The position numbers and the translations under genes are program-made. A stretch of 32,000 nt of DNA from Schaalia odontolytica (GTDB taxonomy: Bacteria > Actinomycetota > Actinomycetes > Actinomycetales > Actinomycetaceae), in the NCBI RefSeq assembly GCF_005696695.1, contig NZ_CP040006.1:1920001-1952000 (forward strand), in the 5' to 3' direction. Below, in pieces: positions 1-8,621 of this stretch. Within the stretch, counting starts at the first letter, position 1. The number at the start of each line of letters is the position of its first letter. The notes beneath the pieces are model-generated. The model was not told where the DNA came from. It saw only the letters and a list, made by a program, of their open reading frames with translations, and did no database searches.

Positions 1-1586
<1,586 letters not shown>

Positions 1587-1693
1587 AGCACCCATTGCAA
1601 CACACCGAACCCCCCTGCTGGTCAGTAACGTGTGTCGCTTCACGTGGTGAACTAAGTGCGCACGAGCACAAACTTGTGGGGCACAATGGGTGC

Positions 1694-2716
1694 GTGAGCA
1701 TCACCGAGAGCCCCTCGCCCATCCCATTCCCGGCCTCGTCGAGCGTCTCGTTTGACGAGCAAAAACTGGCCGACGAGCGCAACGCCCCCAACCCCTACGC
1801 GCGCTTCGATCGCTCCGAGTGGGACCGCCTCGCCGATCGCACTCCCCTGCCGCTCACGCAGGAGGACATCGACCGCATCGCGTCGCTGGGCGACCCCATC
1901 GACATGACCGAGGTCGACGCGATTTACCGCCCTCTGAGCGCGCTGCTGCAGCTCTACATCGACGGGCGCCGCCGCACCGCCGCCGAACGGCATGCCTTCC
2001 TCGGAGAGCCCGAAGGCCACTCGACCCCCTTCGTGATCGGTATCGCCGGCTCGGTCGCCGTCGGCAAGTCGACGGTCGCGCGTCTCCTCCAGCTGTTGCT
2101 CTCCCGCTGGGATTCCACCCCGCGCGTGGACCTGGTGACGACCGACGGCTTCCTCTACCCGAACCGGATCCTGCACGAACGCTCCCTCATCGCCCGCAAG
2201 GGATTCCCGGAGTCCTACGACCGCTCGGCCCTCATCTCGTTCCTGGCCTCGGTGAAGGCCGGTAACCCCCACGCGAAGGCCCCCGTGTACTCGCACGTCA
2301 CCTACGACATCGTGCCCGACACCTACATCGACGTGGATCGTCCCGACATCCTCATCGTCGAGGGCCTCAACGTGCTCCAGCCGCCGCGCTCGGCGCCCGG
2401 ATCTATCTCGGTGGCCGTCTCGGACTACTTCGACTTCTCGATCTACGTCGACGCCGACGAGAAGTTCATCGAACAGTGGTACGTCGACCGTTTCCTCAAG
2501 CTGCGCGCGACCGCGTTCTCGCGCGAGGACTCCTACTTCAAGACCTACGCCTCCCTCACGGACGACGAGGCCGTCTCGACCGCGCACGTCGTGTGGAACG
2601 CGATCAACCTGCCGAACCTGCGCGAGAACATCCGCCCCACCCGCGAGCGCGCGACCCTCATCTTCACGAAGGGCGCCGACCACCGCGTCGAATCGTTGTC
2701 GATCCGCAAGGACTGA
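1694..2716 (+). CDS. coaA: type I pantothenate kinase
   Basis: The ORF ending at 2716 carries the P-loop [12 protein letters not shown] plus [26 protein letters not shown] and PTRERA. It is collinear with E. coli CoaA from [10 protein letters not shown] onward. The TTG at 1595 is only 8 nt from the divergent glmS ATG, so an internal GTG (1694, alternatively 1676) is more plausible. The start is uncertain. Confidence 0.85.
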   Translation: MSITESPSPIPFPASSSVSFDEQKLADERNAPNPYARFDRSEWDRLADRTPLPLTQEDIDRIASLGDPIDMTEVDAIYRPLSALLQLYIDGRRRTAAERHAFLGEPEGHSTPFVIGIAGSVAVGKSTVARLLQLLLSRWDSTPRVDLVTTDGFLYPNRILHERSLIARKGFPESYDRSALISFLASVKAGNPHAKAPVYSHVTYDIVPDTYIDVDRPDILIVEGLNVLQPPRSAPGSISVAVSDYFDFSIYVDADEKFIEQWYVDRFLKLRATAFSREDSYFKTYASLTDDEAVSTAHVVWNAINLPNLRENIRPTRERATLIFTKGADHRVESLSIRKD

Positions 2717-2743
2717 CCCCGCCCCCGCTCGTAGCGCACGCGA

Positions 2744-2780
2744 ACGAGGCCGCAGCCGGAAAACCCGGCCACGGCCTCGT
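2744..2780. terminator. interrupted GC-rich hairpin between convergent coaA and the secreted glycan-active gene (candidate bidirectional terminator)
   Basis: Outer stem ACGAGGCCG (2744-2752) pairs with CGGCCTCGT (2772-2780). Inner stem GCCGG (2755-2759) pairs with CCGGC (2765-2769) around loop AAAAC. It lies between the coaA stop (2716) and the minus-strand stop (2799). Confidence 0.55.
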
Positions 2781-2798
2781 CTCATGTGGAGCTAACGG

Positions 2799-5700
2799 TT
2801 AGCCGATCCACGCGCCCGAGGGCGCGAAGTGGTACCAGGACCAGCCGATGAGTTCCCAACCGGTGGCCATGGAGCCGTTAGAGCGCAGGTAGAACCAGAC
2901 GGGTCCTTCCTGGTACCAGCCGGTGGTCATCGCGCCATTGGCACCCAGGTGGTACCAGGTACCACCGAGGAGCTGCCAGCCGGTGACCATGGAGCCGGAG
3001 GGCGACAGGTAGTACCAAGCGCCACCATCCTTGACCCAACCGGTGCGCATAACGCCGGAGGAGGACAGGTAGAACCAGGTCCCGTCGATCTGGGTCCAGC
3101 CGGTCGCCATCTGGCCGGTCGCGGGTGCGAGGTAGTACCAGGAGCCGCGGTCCATGATCCAGCCGTACTGCTGGGCGCCGCTGGAGCCGTGGTAGTACCA
3201 GTGTCCGCCGTCGTAGACCCAGCCCATCTTCAGGTAGCCGCTCGCGTCGAAGCGGTAGGTCTGCCCGTCGATGACGAGAGTCTCGTTGGCCGCGTAGGTG
3301 CCGTCAGAGTAGCTGTACCACCAGCCGAAGTAGCCGGACTTCCACTGACCGGTACGAGGCTGGGGCGCGGGATCCGGGGTCGGAGCCGGGGTGGGATCCA
3401 CGGTCGGCTCGGGAGCCGGGGTCGGGTCCACGGTGGGCTGCGGGTCCGGAGTGGGCTGCGGATCGGGCGTCGGCTGCGGGTCCGGAGTCGGAGCCGGGTT
3501 CTCGATCGTCACCCAGTACAGGAAGCGCGAGTCGCCGCCACCAACAGCGTGGAGCACGACCTGCGAGGTCTCGCCCTCGCCGAGTTCGACTTCCTGCGTC
3601 GTCTTGTCGGCCGGGTTGACGAGCATCAGGTGCGCGTTCGCAGCCGGCTTCTTGACGGTCAGGGTAATGTCCTGAGCGGTCTCGGCCAGCGAGCCGTTGT
3701 CGGTGCGCGGGTCGAGGAGGTAGGACGGGTAGCGGGTCTGGCCGGTCAGGGCGTTGACAACCATGAAGCCCTTGGGGACCGTCGTGGAGTCGCCGAAGAT
3801 CTCGGCGGACTTGGCGGTCTCCAGGCCCTTCAGCTGCTCGAAGTAGCCGACGACGACGTCGCCGGGCATTCCGTCGTTGACGGAGCCGACGTTGGTCACC
3901 GACATGTCAACCAGGCCGACGGCCTCGTTGGCGGCCTTGGCCTCGTCGCCGGAGGCGAAGTCACCGTACTTGTAGCCGCTCAGCGAGGGGGTCGCGCCGC
4001 GAGCCGCGTACTGGCCGGGCTTGTAGGCGACGAACGTGGAGTTCATGGCCTTCGTGTAGTTACCGATGTAGGTGACGTTGCCGAAGATGTTGGAGAACTC
4101 GTAGAACGAACGCGTGGGCGCGCCATCGTGGTCGATGATCGAGGAGCGGTCGTAGCCGTTGTACTCCATGCGGAACAGGCCGAACCACTTCTGGCCGGTG
4201 GCCAGGCCCAGGGAGGGCACGATCGACTTCTCGGAGGCCGAGACGTTGGCATCCCAGTTGTAGTCCAGGTACTGGCCGTACAGGATCGGGCTGGAGCCGT
4301 CACCGGTGAGGCCCTTGAGGCCGTATTCGCGCTGCTTCTTCCATGTGTTGGTGTTGAGCAGGTCCATGACGACTCGGCTCGGAGCCGGGCCGCCGTTGGC
4401 GCCCCAGTAGTACTTGTCCCAGCTGAGCAGGTCGGGCTTGGCGTTTTCGACGTAGTAGCTCAGGTTGGTGTCGCGGTACCAGGACGGGTCGTCCCAGGAG
4501 TTGGCGTGGACGACGGCGCCGGGGATGTTCTCCTTGGACCAGGAGAACCAGTTCTTGAAGCACTCGGACTCGCCACGGTTGAATCCACCTTCATCGCCGT
4601 ACTGGATGTCAACGAGCGTGGAGGCGTAGGGCTTCATGTACTCGTTCATGAAGTCGCGCGGCTCGCCCGCGTTGCACATGCTGTTCTTGCCGGTGGGGGC
4701 CTTGGCGAGGGCCCACGGCGCGCCCTTACCCAGGGACTCCATCATGGGGGTGTTGAACATGGGCAGGTCGTAGAACATCGGGAATGCGCCGCCCGTGAGG
4801 TCGCGCTCGTTGGCATCGAAGCCGCCGCGGCCGTAGCCCTCGGAGGGGACCCACGCGGGCATCATGACGCCGTACTGCAGCGCGAGGGCCTGGGCGCGGT
4901 TGACGCCCCACTTGCCGTCACCGGGGTTGAAGCCGGAGTAGCGCTCGTACATGGAATTGTCGACTGCCGGAGCGACGGGGGTCTTGCCGGCGGGCAGGCC
5001 CCACACCTCGACGTCGTTGAAGGTCACCGCGGTGGCGATGTTCTGCGGGGTCTGGGGCTCGGTCTCATCGTTCATCCAGATGCGGATGTTCTTGGCGAGG
5101 TGGTAGCTGTTGAAGTCCCAGTACCACAGGCCGCGCGCGTCGCGCGTGAGCGAGCCGTGGGTGACGATGGTCTTCCACGGCCCACCGTCGGCCTCCTGAA
5201 CCGCGATGGCGACGGAGTTACCGCCGTGCCAGCCCTGCACGCCGGCGGGCAGGGTCGGGGTGCCCCAGCCGTTGACGCGGTGCACGTAGCGGGCCTCGCC
5301 CAGGTGCAGCTCGATGCCGGTGACGCTGCTCGACCATTCATTCGCGCGAACGAGCGGATCGGAGGTCCACGTCGTTGTCGGGTCGAGGTCGGTCAAGGCC
5401 GCGTTGTCGGCCTCGGTGCCGCCGTTCGCCTGAGCGGTCGCGGGGATCATCACGTTGCCGCGGAAGTCGGTGTCAACCTTGGTGATGTTGACGACGTAGG
5501 TGGCTTCCTTGCCGTCCTTGCTGACCGTGGCTGTAATGACGTTCAGGCCGGTGGTGAGGTCGAGGTTGGAGACACGTCCGTCGGCGTCGGGGGTCGCGCC
5601 GTTGATGGTGACGGTGGCACCGTCGACAGCGCGGATGCGCGCGGAGACTGTCTTGGCGTGGTAGTAGCCGGTGGCCGTGTAGGTGTGGGTGCCGGGGGCA

Positions 5701-6515
5701 AAGTCAACGGGCTTGCCGGGCTCGCCGTAGGGCAGCTGGTCGATGACGAAGTCAACGACGAGGTCGGATGCGCCCGATCCCTGCTCGGGGGCCTCGGGGT
5801 GGGGCACGACGGGGCGGGCTGCTTCGTGGTTGCCACCGGTGTCCTCGTTGCCGTAGGAGGTGATGGCGTTACCGTCAGCGTCGCAGGGCAGGAGCTTGAT
5901 GTCGGACAGCGCCATGTCCTTCTTGCCGGGGGCGAGGGAGCGCAGGCCGGTCAGAGCGAAGACGCGCTTCGTGGTCGCCGGGAAGGTGACGTACTGTTCC
6001 TTGTTCCCGAACTGAAGGTCGCTTCCGTGCTTGACCTCGGTGCCGCCTTCCCACTTTCCCGCGGCGACGTTGGTCTTCCAGTCGGCGAAGGAGGCTTCGG
6101 CGGCCGGATTACCGGGGTCCTCATCGAAGGCAAACACGCGGTATTCGCCGGGGAACTGGTCGTTGCCCAGGGTCGAATCGTAGGTGGGGCGCGGGGTCAG
6201 GCCGAGGCCACAGACCTTGGTGCCGGGCGTGGGGTTCTCGACGGCGAGGGCGTGCGGGTATTCGTCGAGGCCACCCTTCCACTTGGTGGTCCAGAAGGTC
6301 TTGGTCGCGTCGGTACGGGTCGTGTCGTCGTCGACGAGGGCTGCGATCGTGCCGTTGGGTGCGCTTTCGCCGACCTTCTCTTCGGAGGTCGCCCACAGGA
6401 CGGTCGGGTGATAAGGGGTTTCGGTGGCGGCGACGGCCGCAGCGGGTGCGAGGCCAAGCATGGTGGCCGCAAGAATCGGGGCTCCGAGTGCACCGATGAT
6501 GGGTCTAGTCCCCAT
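2799..6515 (-). CDS. secreted, cell-wall-associated multidomain glycan-active protein (putative glycoside hydrolase, family unassigned), 1238 aa
   Basis: The ATG at 6515 is preceded by GAAGGAG (the track ORF extends to 6584). Signal peptide MGTRPIIGALGAPILAATMLGLAPAAAVAA. Two discoidin/F5-8 type C (CBM32-like) modules (FWTTKW..PHALAV, approx DNA 5880-6407, and a second at approx 4995-5459). One cadherin-like beta-sandwich (HTYTATGYYHAKTVSARIRAV..YVVNITK, approx 5475-5708). A central region of about 490 aa that I cannot assign (3501-4982). Then a P/T/D linker and about 8 cell-wall-binding repeats of about 20 aa (GWxxxGGxWYYLxxxGxMxTGW). No LPXTG motif. Confidence 0.9.
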   Translation of the reverse strand: MGTRPIIGALGAPILAATMLGLAPAAAVAATETPYHPTVLWATSEEKVGESAPNGTIAALVDDDTTRTDATKTFWTTKWKGGLDEYPHALAVENPTPGTKVCGLGLTPRPTYDSTLGNDQFPGEYRVFAFDEDPGNPAAEASFADWKTNVAAGKWEGGTEVKHGSDLQFGNKEQYVTFPATTKRVFALTGLRSLAPGKKDMALSDIKLLPCDADGNAITSYGNEDTGGNHEAARPVVPHPEAPEQGSGASDLVVDFVIDQLPYGEPGKPVDFAPGTHTYTATGYYHAKTVSARIRAVDGATVTINGATPDADGRVSNLDLTTGLNVITATVSKDGKEATYVVNITKVDTDFRGNVMIPATAQANGGTEADNAALTDLDPTTTWTSDPLVRANEWSSSVTGIELHLGEARYVHRVNGWGTPTLPAGVQGWHGGNSVAIAVQEADGGPWKTIVTHGSLTRDARGLWYWDFNSYHLAKNIRIWMNDETEPQTPQNIATAVTFNDVEVWGLPAGKTPVAPAVDNSMYERYSGFNPGDGKWGVNRAQALALQYGVMMPAWVPSEGYGRGGFDANERDLTGGAFPMFYDLPMFNTPMMESLGKGAPWALAKAPTGKNSMCNAGEPRDFMNEYMKPYASTLVDIQYGDEGGFNRGESECFKNWFSWSKENIPGAVVHANSWDDPSWYRDTNLSYYVENAKPDLLSWDKYYWGANGGPAPSRVVMDLLNTNTWKKQREYGLKGLTGDGSSPILYGQYLDYNWDANVSASEKSIVPSLGLATGQKWFGLFRMEYNGYDRSSIIDHDGAPTRSFYEFSNIFGNVTYIGNYTKAMNSTFVAYKPGQYAARGATPSLSGYKYGDFASGDEAKAANEAVGLVDMSVTNVGSVNDGMPGDVVVGYFEQLKGLETAKSAEIFGDSTTVPKGFMVVNALTGQTRYPSYLLDPRTDNGSLAETAQDITLTVKKPAANAHLMLVNPADKTTQEVELGEGETSQVVLHAVGGGDSRFLYWVTIENPAPTPDPQPTPDPQPTPDPQPTVDPTPAPEPTVDPTPAPTPDPAPQPRTGQWKSGYFGWWYSYSDGTYAANETLVIDGQTYRFDASGYLKMGWVYDGGHWYYHGSSGAQQYGWIMDRGSWYYLAPATGQMATGWTQIDGTWFYLSSSGVMRTGWVKDGGAWYYLSPSGSMVTGWQLLGGTWYHLGANGAMTTGWYQEGPVWFYLRSNGSMATGWELIGWSWYHFAPSGAWIG
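2802..3353 (-). repeat. coding tandem repeats, about 60-bp period, encoding choline-binding-type (CW_binding_1-like) cell-wall repeats
   Basis: The last 184 aa read GWVYDGGHWYYHGSSGAQQYGW / IMDRGSWYYLAPATGQMATGW / TQIDGTWFYLSSSGVMRTGW / VKDGGAWYYLSPSGSMVTGW / QLLGGTWYHLGANGAMTTGW / YQEGPVWFYLRSNGSMATGW / ELIGWSWYHFAPSGAW. The DNA shows recurring ccagccggtg..ccat..ggtagtaccagg units. Confidence 0.85.
3354..3500 (-). repeat. coding low-complexity tandem repeat (Pro/Thr/Asp linker)
   Basis: Encodes NPAPTPDPQPTPDPQPTPDPQPTVDPTPAPEPTVDPTPAPTPDPAPQPR: three 18-bp PTPDPQ units and two 30-bp PTVDPTPAPE-like units. Visible in the DNA as repeated ggctgcgggtccggagt. Confidence 0.85.
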
Positions 6516-6587
6516 GAGTTTAACTCCTTCGTCAGTATGGGGGTGGTGGCTGGGATCGGCCGTTAGACGGCCACAAATCCACAATAC

Positions 6588-6601
6588 CTAACACGTGTTA
6601 G
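6588..6601. promoter_or_regulatory. perfect 14-bp palindrome CTAACACGTGTTAG; candidate LacI-family operator O1 upstream of the secreted glycan-active gene
   Basis: Read directly from the sequence. It sits 73 nt upstream of the ATG at 6515 and next to a possible minus-strand -10, TATTGT (6581-6586). Two 12/14 copies lie in the other two control regions of the locus, at 10090 and 13078. Confidence 0.7.
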
Positions 6602-6636
6602 TTATTTGTGAAAAAACCTCCTTTTAGGTAGAGAAG

Positions 6637-6669
6637 ATCCCCGCGGGTGCGAGGGGCACCCGCGGGGAT
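6637..6669 (-). terminator. hairpin terminator after the ABC permease operon
   Basis: Perfect 14-bp stem ATCCCCGCGGGTGC / GCACCCGCGGGGAT with loop GAGGG, starting 6 nt after the permease stop (6675-6677). A U-run follows only about 20 nt downstream, so this is an I-shaped or partial terminator. Confidence 0.6.
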
Positions 6670-6674
6670 GAGGA

Positions 6675-7607
6675 TCAGAACTTCAGGCCGCCGTCTTCGA
6701 TGCCGCGGAAGAAGAACTTCTGGCTGAAGGCGAAGACCAGCACGACGGGGATCATCGCCACGACCGCGCCAGCCAGCACGAGCTGGTAGGTGACACCCTG
6801 AGGCGAGTTCTGGATGGCCGTCAGCGTCAGCATCAGCGTCTGCTTGTTCGGGTCGGGCAGCATGAGCAGCGGGAAGATAAAGTCGGACCAGGCGCCAATG
6901 AAGGACGTCAGGCCGACGACGGTGAGCGTGCCGCGCACCTGAGGCAGGAAGATCGACCAGAAGCGGCGCAGCTCGCCCGCACCGTCGATCAGGGCCGCGT
7001 CCTCGATCTCGTCGGGAATGCCCATGAACGCGGCGCGCATCATGAGGATCTGGAACGGCCCGATCATGGCCACCATCCACACGCCGGGGAGCGTGTTGTA
7101 CAGGTCCAGCTGCACCATCATCTTGAACAGCGAGAGCATGATCGACTCGAAGGGGAAGATCATGGCGGACAGGACCACGAAGTACATGATGTTGCGGCCG
7201 GTCCACCCGCGCCTCGACAGCATGTAGCCGCCGATGCACGACAGGATAACGTTCGAGGTGACCGTCAGGGTCGCGAGAATCGCGGAATTCTTAATCGACA
7301 GCAGGATGTTTGTGCGTTCGAAGAGCACGTAGAAGGAGTCCAGCGACCAGTGCTGGGGCAGCATGGTTGCACCCTGACCGAAGACGGATTCGCCGGGGGC
7401 CTTGAAGGCCGCCATGAGGGGCAGGACGAGGGGGCCGACCAGGATGAGGGCGACGACGACGAGGAGGGCGTAGCGGGCAATGAGGGCACCGCCGCGCATC
7501 TGACGCGATGCCGTGTTGCGCCCCTGGCGTTCGAGGCGGCGCTCCTTGCGCCACTGAGCGAAACGCTCTCCGAAGGAGGCGGGAGTGGTCGAGGTTGCGG
7601 TACTCAT
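6675..7607 (-). CDS. carbohydrate ABC transporter permease (MalG/CUT1-type)
   Basis: 310 aa with multiple TM segments and the binding-protein-dependent transport signature region IPDEIEDAALIDGAGELRRFWSIFLPQ (EAA loop). The ATG at 7607 overlaps the upstream stop (ATGA). Confidence 0.9.
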   Translation of the reverse strand: MSTATSTTPASFGERFAQWRKERRLERQGRNTASRQMRGGALIARYALLVVVALILVGPLVLPLMAAFKAPGESVFGQGATMLPQHWSLDSFYVLFERTNILLSIKNSAILATLTVTSNVILSCIGGYMLSRRGWTGRNIMYFVVLSAMIFPFESIMLSLFKMMVQLDLYNTLPGVWMVAMIGPFQILMMRAAFMGIPDEIEDAALIDGAGELRRFWSIFLPQVRGTLTVVGLTSFIGAWSDFIFPLLMLPDPNKQTLMLTLTAIQNSPQGVTYQLVLAGAVVAMIPVVLVFAFSQKFFFRGIEDGGLKF

Positions 7608-8515
7608 GAGTCTTCAGCCTTCCTCTGCAGGCTCTGCGAAGCGATGATGAAACCGAAGGTGATGAGGAACAGGCACACCGAGGCGGCGTCGCCCTGTCCC
7701 AGCGACCCGAAGGTCGGGTCCACGATTCGGTCTCGGATGTACATCGTGAGGGTCTTCGTGGGCGAGGCGGAGCCGCCCAGCAGGTAGACCTCGGTGAAGA
7801 TCTTCAGGCATCCGATCGTCGTCAGGGTGGCGACGAGGAACATCATGACCTTGACGCCCGGAACGGTGACGGTCAGGAAACGTCGGATCGGTCCGGCGCC
7901 GTCTAGTTCAGCGGCCTCGTACAGCGACTTGTCGACGTTCGCGAGGGCCGACAAGTACAGGATCATGTAGTAGGGCAAGCCCTGCCACAGGGTGATGAGC
8001 ATGGCACAGAAGAGGATCAACCACTGATTCGACAGGAATGGCACGGGGTCGAGTCCCCAAGATGCCAGCATGTTGTTGATGGGTCCGCGCTGGTCCAGGA
8101 GGTAGCGCCACGCGAGCGAAATGACGACCAGCGAGGAGATGGCTGGCAGGTAGTAGAGGGCGCGGAAAAAGCCGATGCCGGGCACGTGCGACTTGACGAG
8201 GAGGGCCAGCAGCAGGGGCAGGAGCACCATCAGCGGGACGACGCAGACCGCGTAGATGAGGGAGTTCGTCAGCGACTGCCAGAATTCGGGATCCGACAGC
8301 ACCGCGGCGAAGTTGTCGATACCAACGAAGCGACCGATGTGTCCCAATGGCTTCGTCTTCGTGAACGACACATAGACGGTCGTGATGAAGGGGTAGATGT
8401 AGAAGGAGATGACCGCGAGGACCGGGAGGGTCACCCACAGCCAGGGAACCCAGCCCGGGCGGAATCGGGCGGCGCCATTGAGGGAGCGCGTCTGCGCGCT
8501 CTTACGTGTCGGCAT
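7604..8515 (-). CDS. carbohydrate ABC transporter permease (MalF/CUT1-type)
   Basis: 303 aa with 6 predicted TM segments and the EAA-loop-like segment LYEAAELDGAGPIRRFLTVTVP. Translationally coupled to the downstream permease. Confidence 0.9.
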   Translation of the reverse strand: MPTRKSAQTRSLNGAARFRPGWVPWLWVTLPVLAVISFYIYPFITTVYVSFTKTKPLGHIGRFVGIDNFAAVLSDPEFWQSLTNSLIYAVCVVPLMVLLPLLLALLVKSHVPGIGFFRALYYLPAISSLVVISLAWRYLLDQRGPINNMLASWGLDPVPFLSNQWLILFCAMLITLWQGLPYYMILYLSALANVDKSLYEAAELDGAGPIRRFLTVTVPGVKVMMFLVATLTTIGCLKIFTEVYLLGGSASPTKTLTMYIRDRIVDPTFGSLGQGDAASVCLFLITFGFIIASQSLQRKAEDS

Positions 8516-8584
8516 ACCAAAGTCCTTTTTCAGGGATGCGCGGGGTCGTGAGCCGGCGGCCCGACGCTGGGCGAGGAATGCGTC

Positions 8585-8611
8585 GGGGGCCGAGGCCAGG
8601 CCTCGGCCCCC
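8585..8611 (-). terminator. intra-operon hairpin just after the binding-protein gene (attenuator or mRNA-stabilising stem-loop)
   Basis: Perfect 12-bp stem GGGGGCCGAGGC / GCCTCGGCCCCC with loop CAG, 10 nt downstream of the binding-protein stop (8622) and 70 nt upstream of the permease ATG (8515). Confidence 0.55.
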
Positions 8612-8621
8612 GAACGGTCAA

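Noticed and set aside
1587-1693. Possible glmS ribozyme/riboswitch upstream of glmS
   Set aside because: Only about 100 nt separate glmS from the divergent coaA, which is too short for the ribozyme of about 170 nt. I see none of its conserved core. The element is also characteristic of Firmicutes rather than high-GC actinobacteria.
2802-3353. Regular 60-bp periodicity that could be mistaken for a CRISPR array or satellite
   Set aside because: The units are imperfect and contiguous, with no unique spacers. They lie in frame inside a CDS and encode the 20-aa cell-wall-binding repeat.
2829-6566. 1245-aa + strand ORF almost as long as the minus-strand gene
   Set aside because: This is an antisense shadow ORF typical of high-GC DNA. 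Its product is low-complexity Gly/Ala/Val/Arg/Asp-rich with no recognisable domain. The minus-strand frame encodes a signal peptide, CBM-like modules and cell-wall repeats and has a strong Shine-Dalgarno sequence. The same reasoning applies to 30..938, 1652..2785 (-), 8409..10103, 10361..13012, 15342..16466, 16483..17556, 19215..20255, 21523..22632, 24231..25904, 25904..26779, 29222..30319 and 30124..31509.
6572-6610. Outer inverted repeat CACAAAT (6572-6578) / ATTTGTG (6604-6610) flanking operator O1
   Set aside because: The two arms are not symmetric about the centre of the CTAACACGTGTTAG dyad (16-22 nt on one side, 9-15 nt on the other). They are therefore unlikely to extend the same operator and may be chance.
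6611-6625. AAAAGGAGGTTTTTT on the minus strand, a perfect Shine-Dalgarno-like element that might drive a leader peptide upstream of the secreted enzyme gene
   Set aside because: No start codon lies at a workable distance. The nearest in-frame GTG is more than 20 nt away and would give only a 20-aa ORF running across the operator. It is more likely part of the A/U-rich tail region of the preceding operon terminator.
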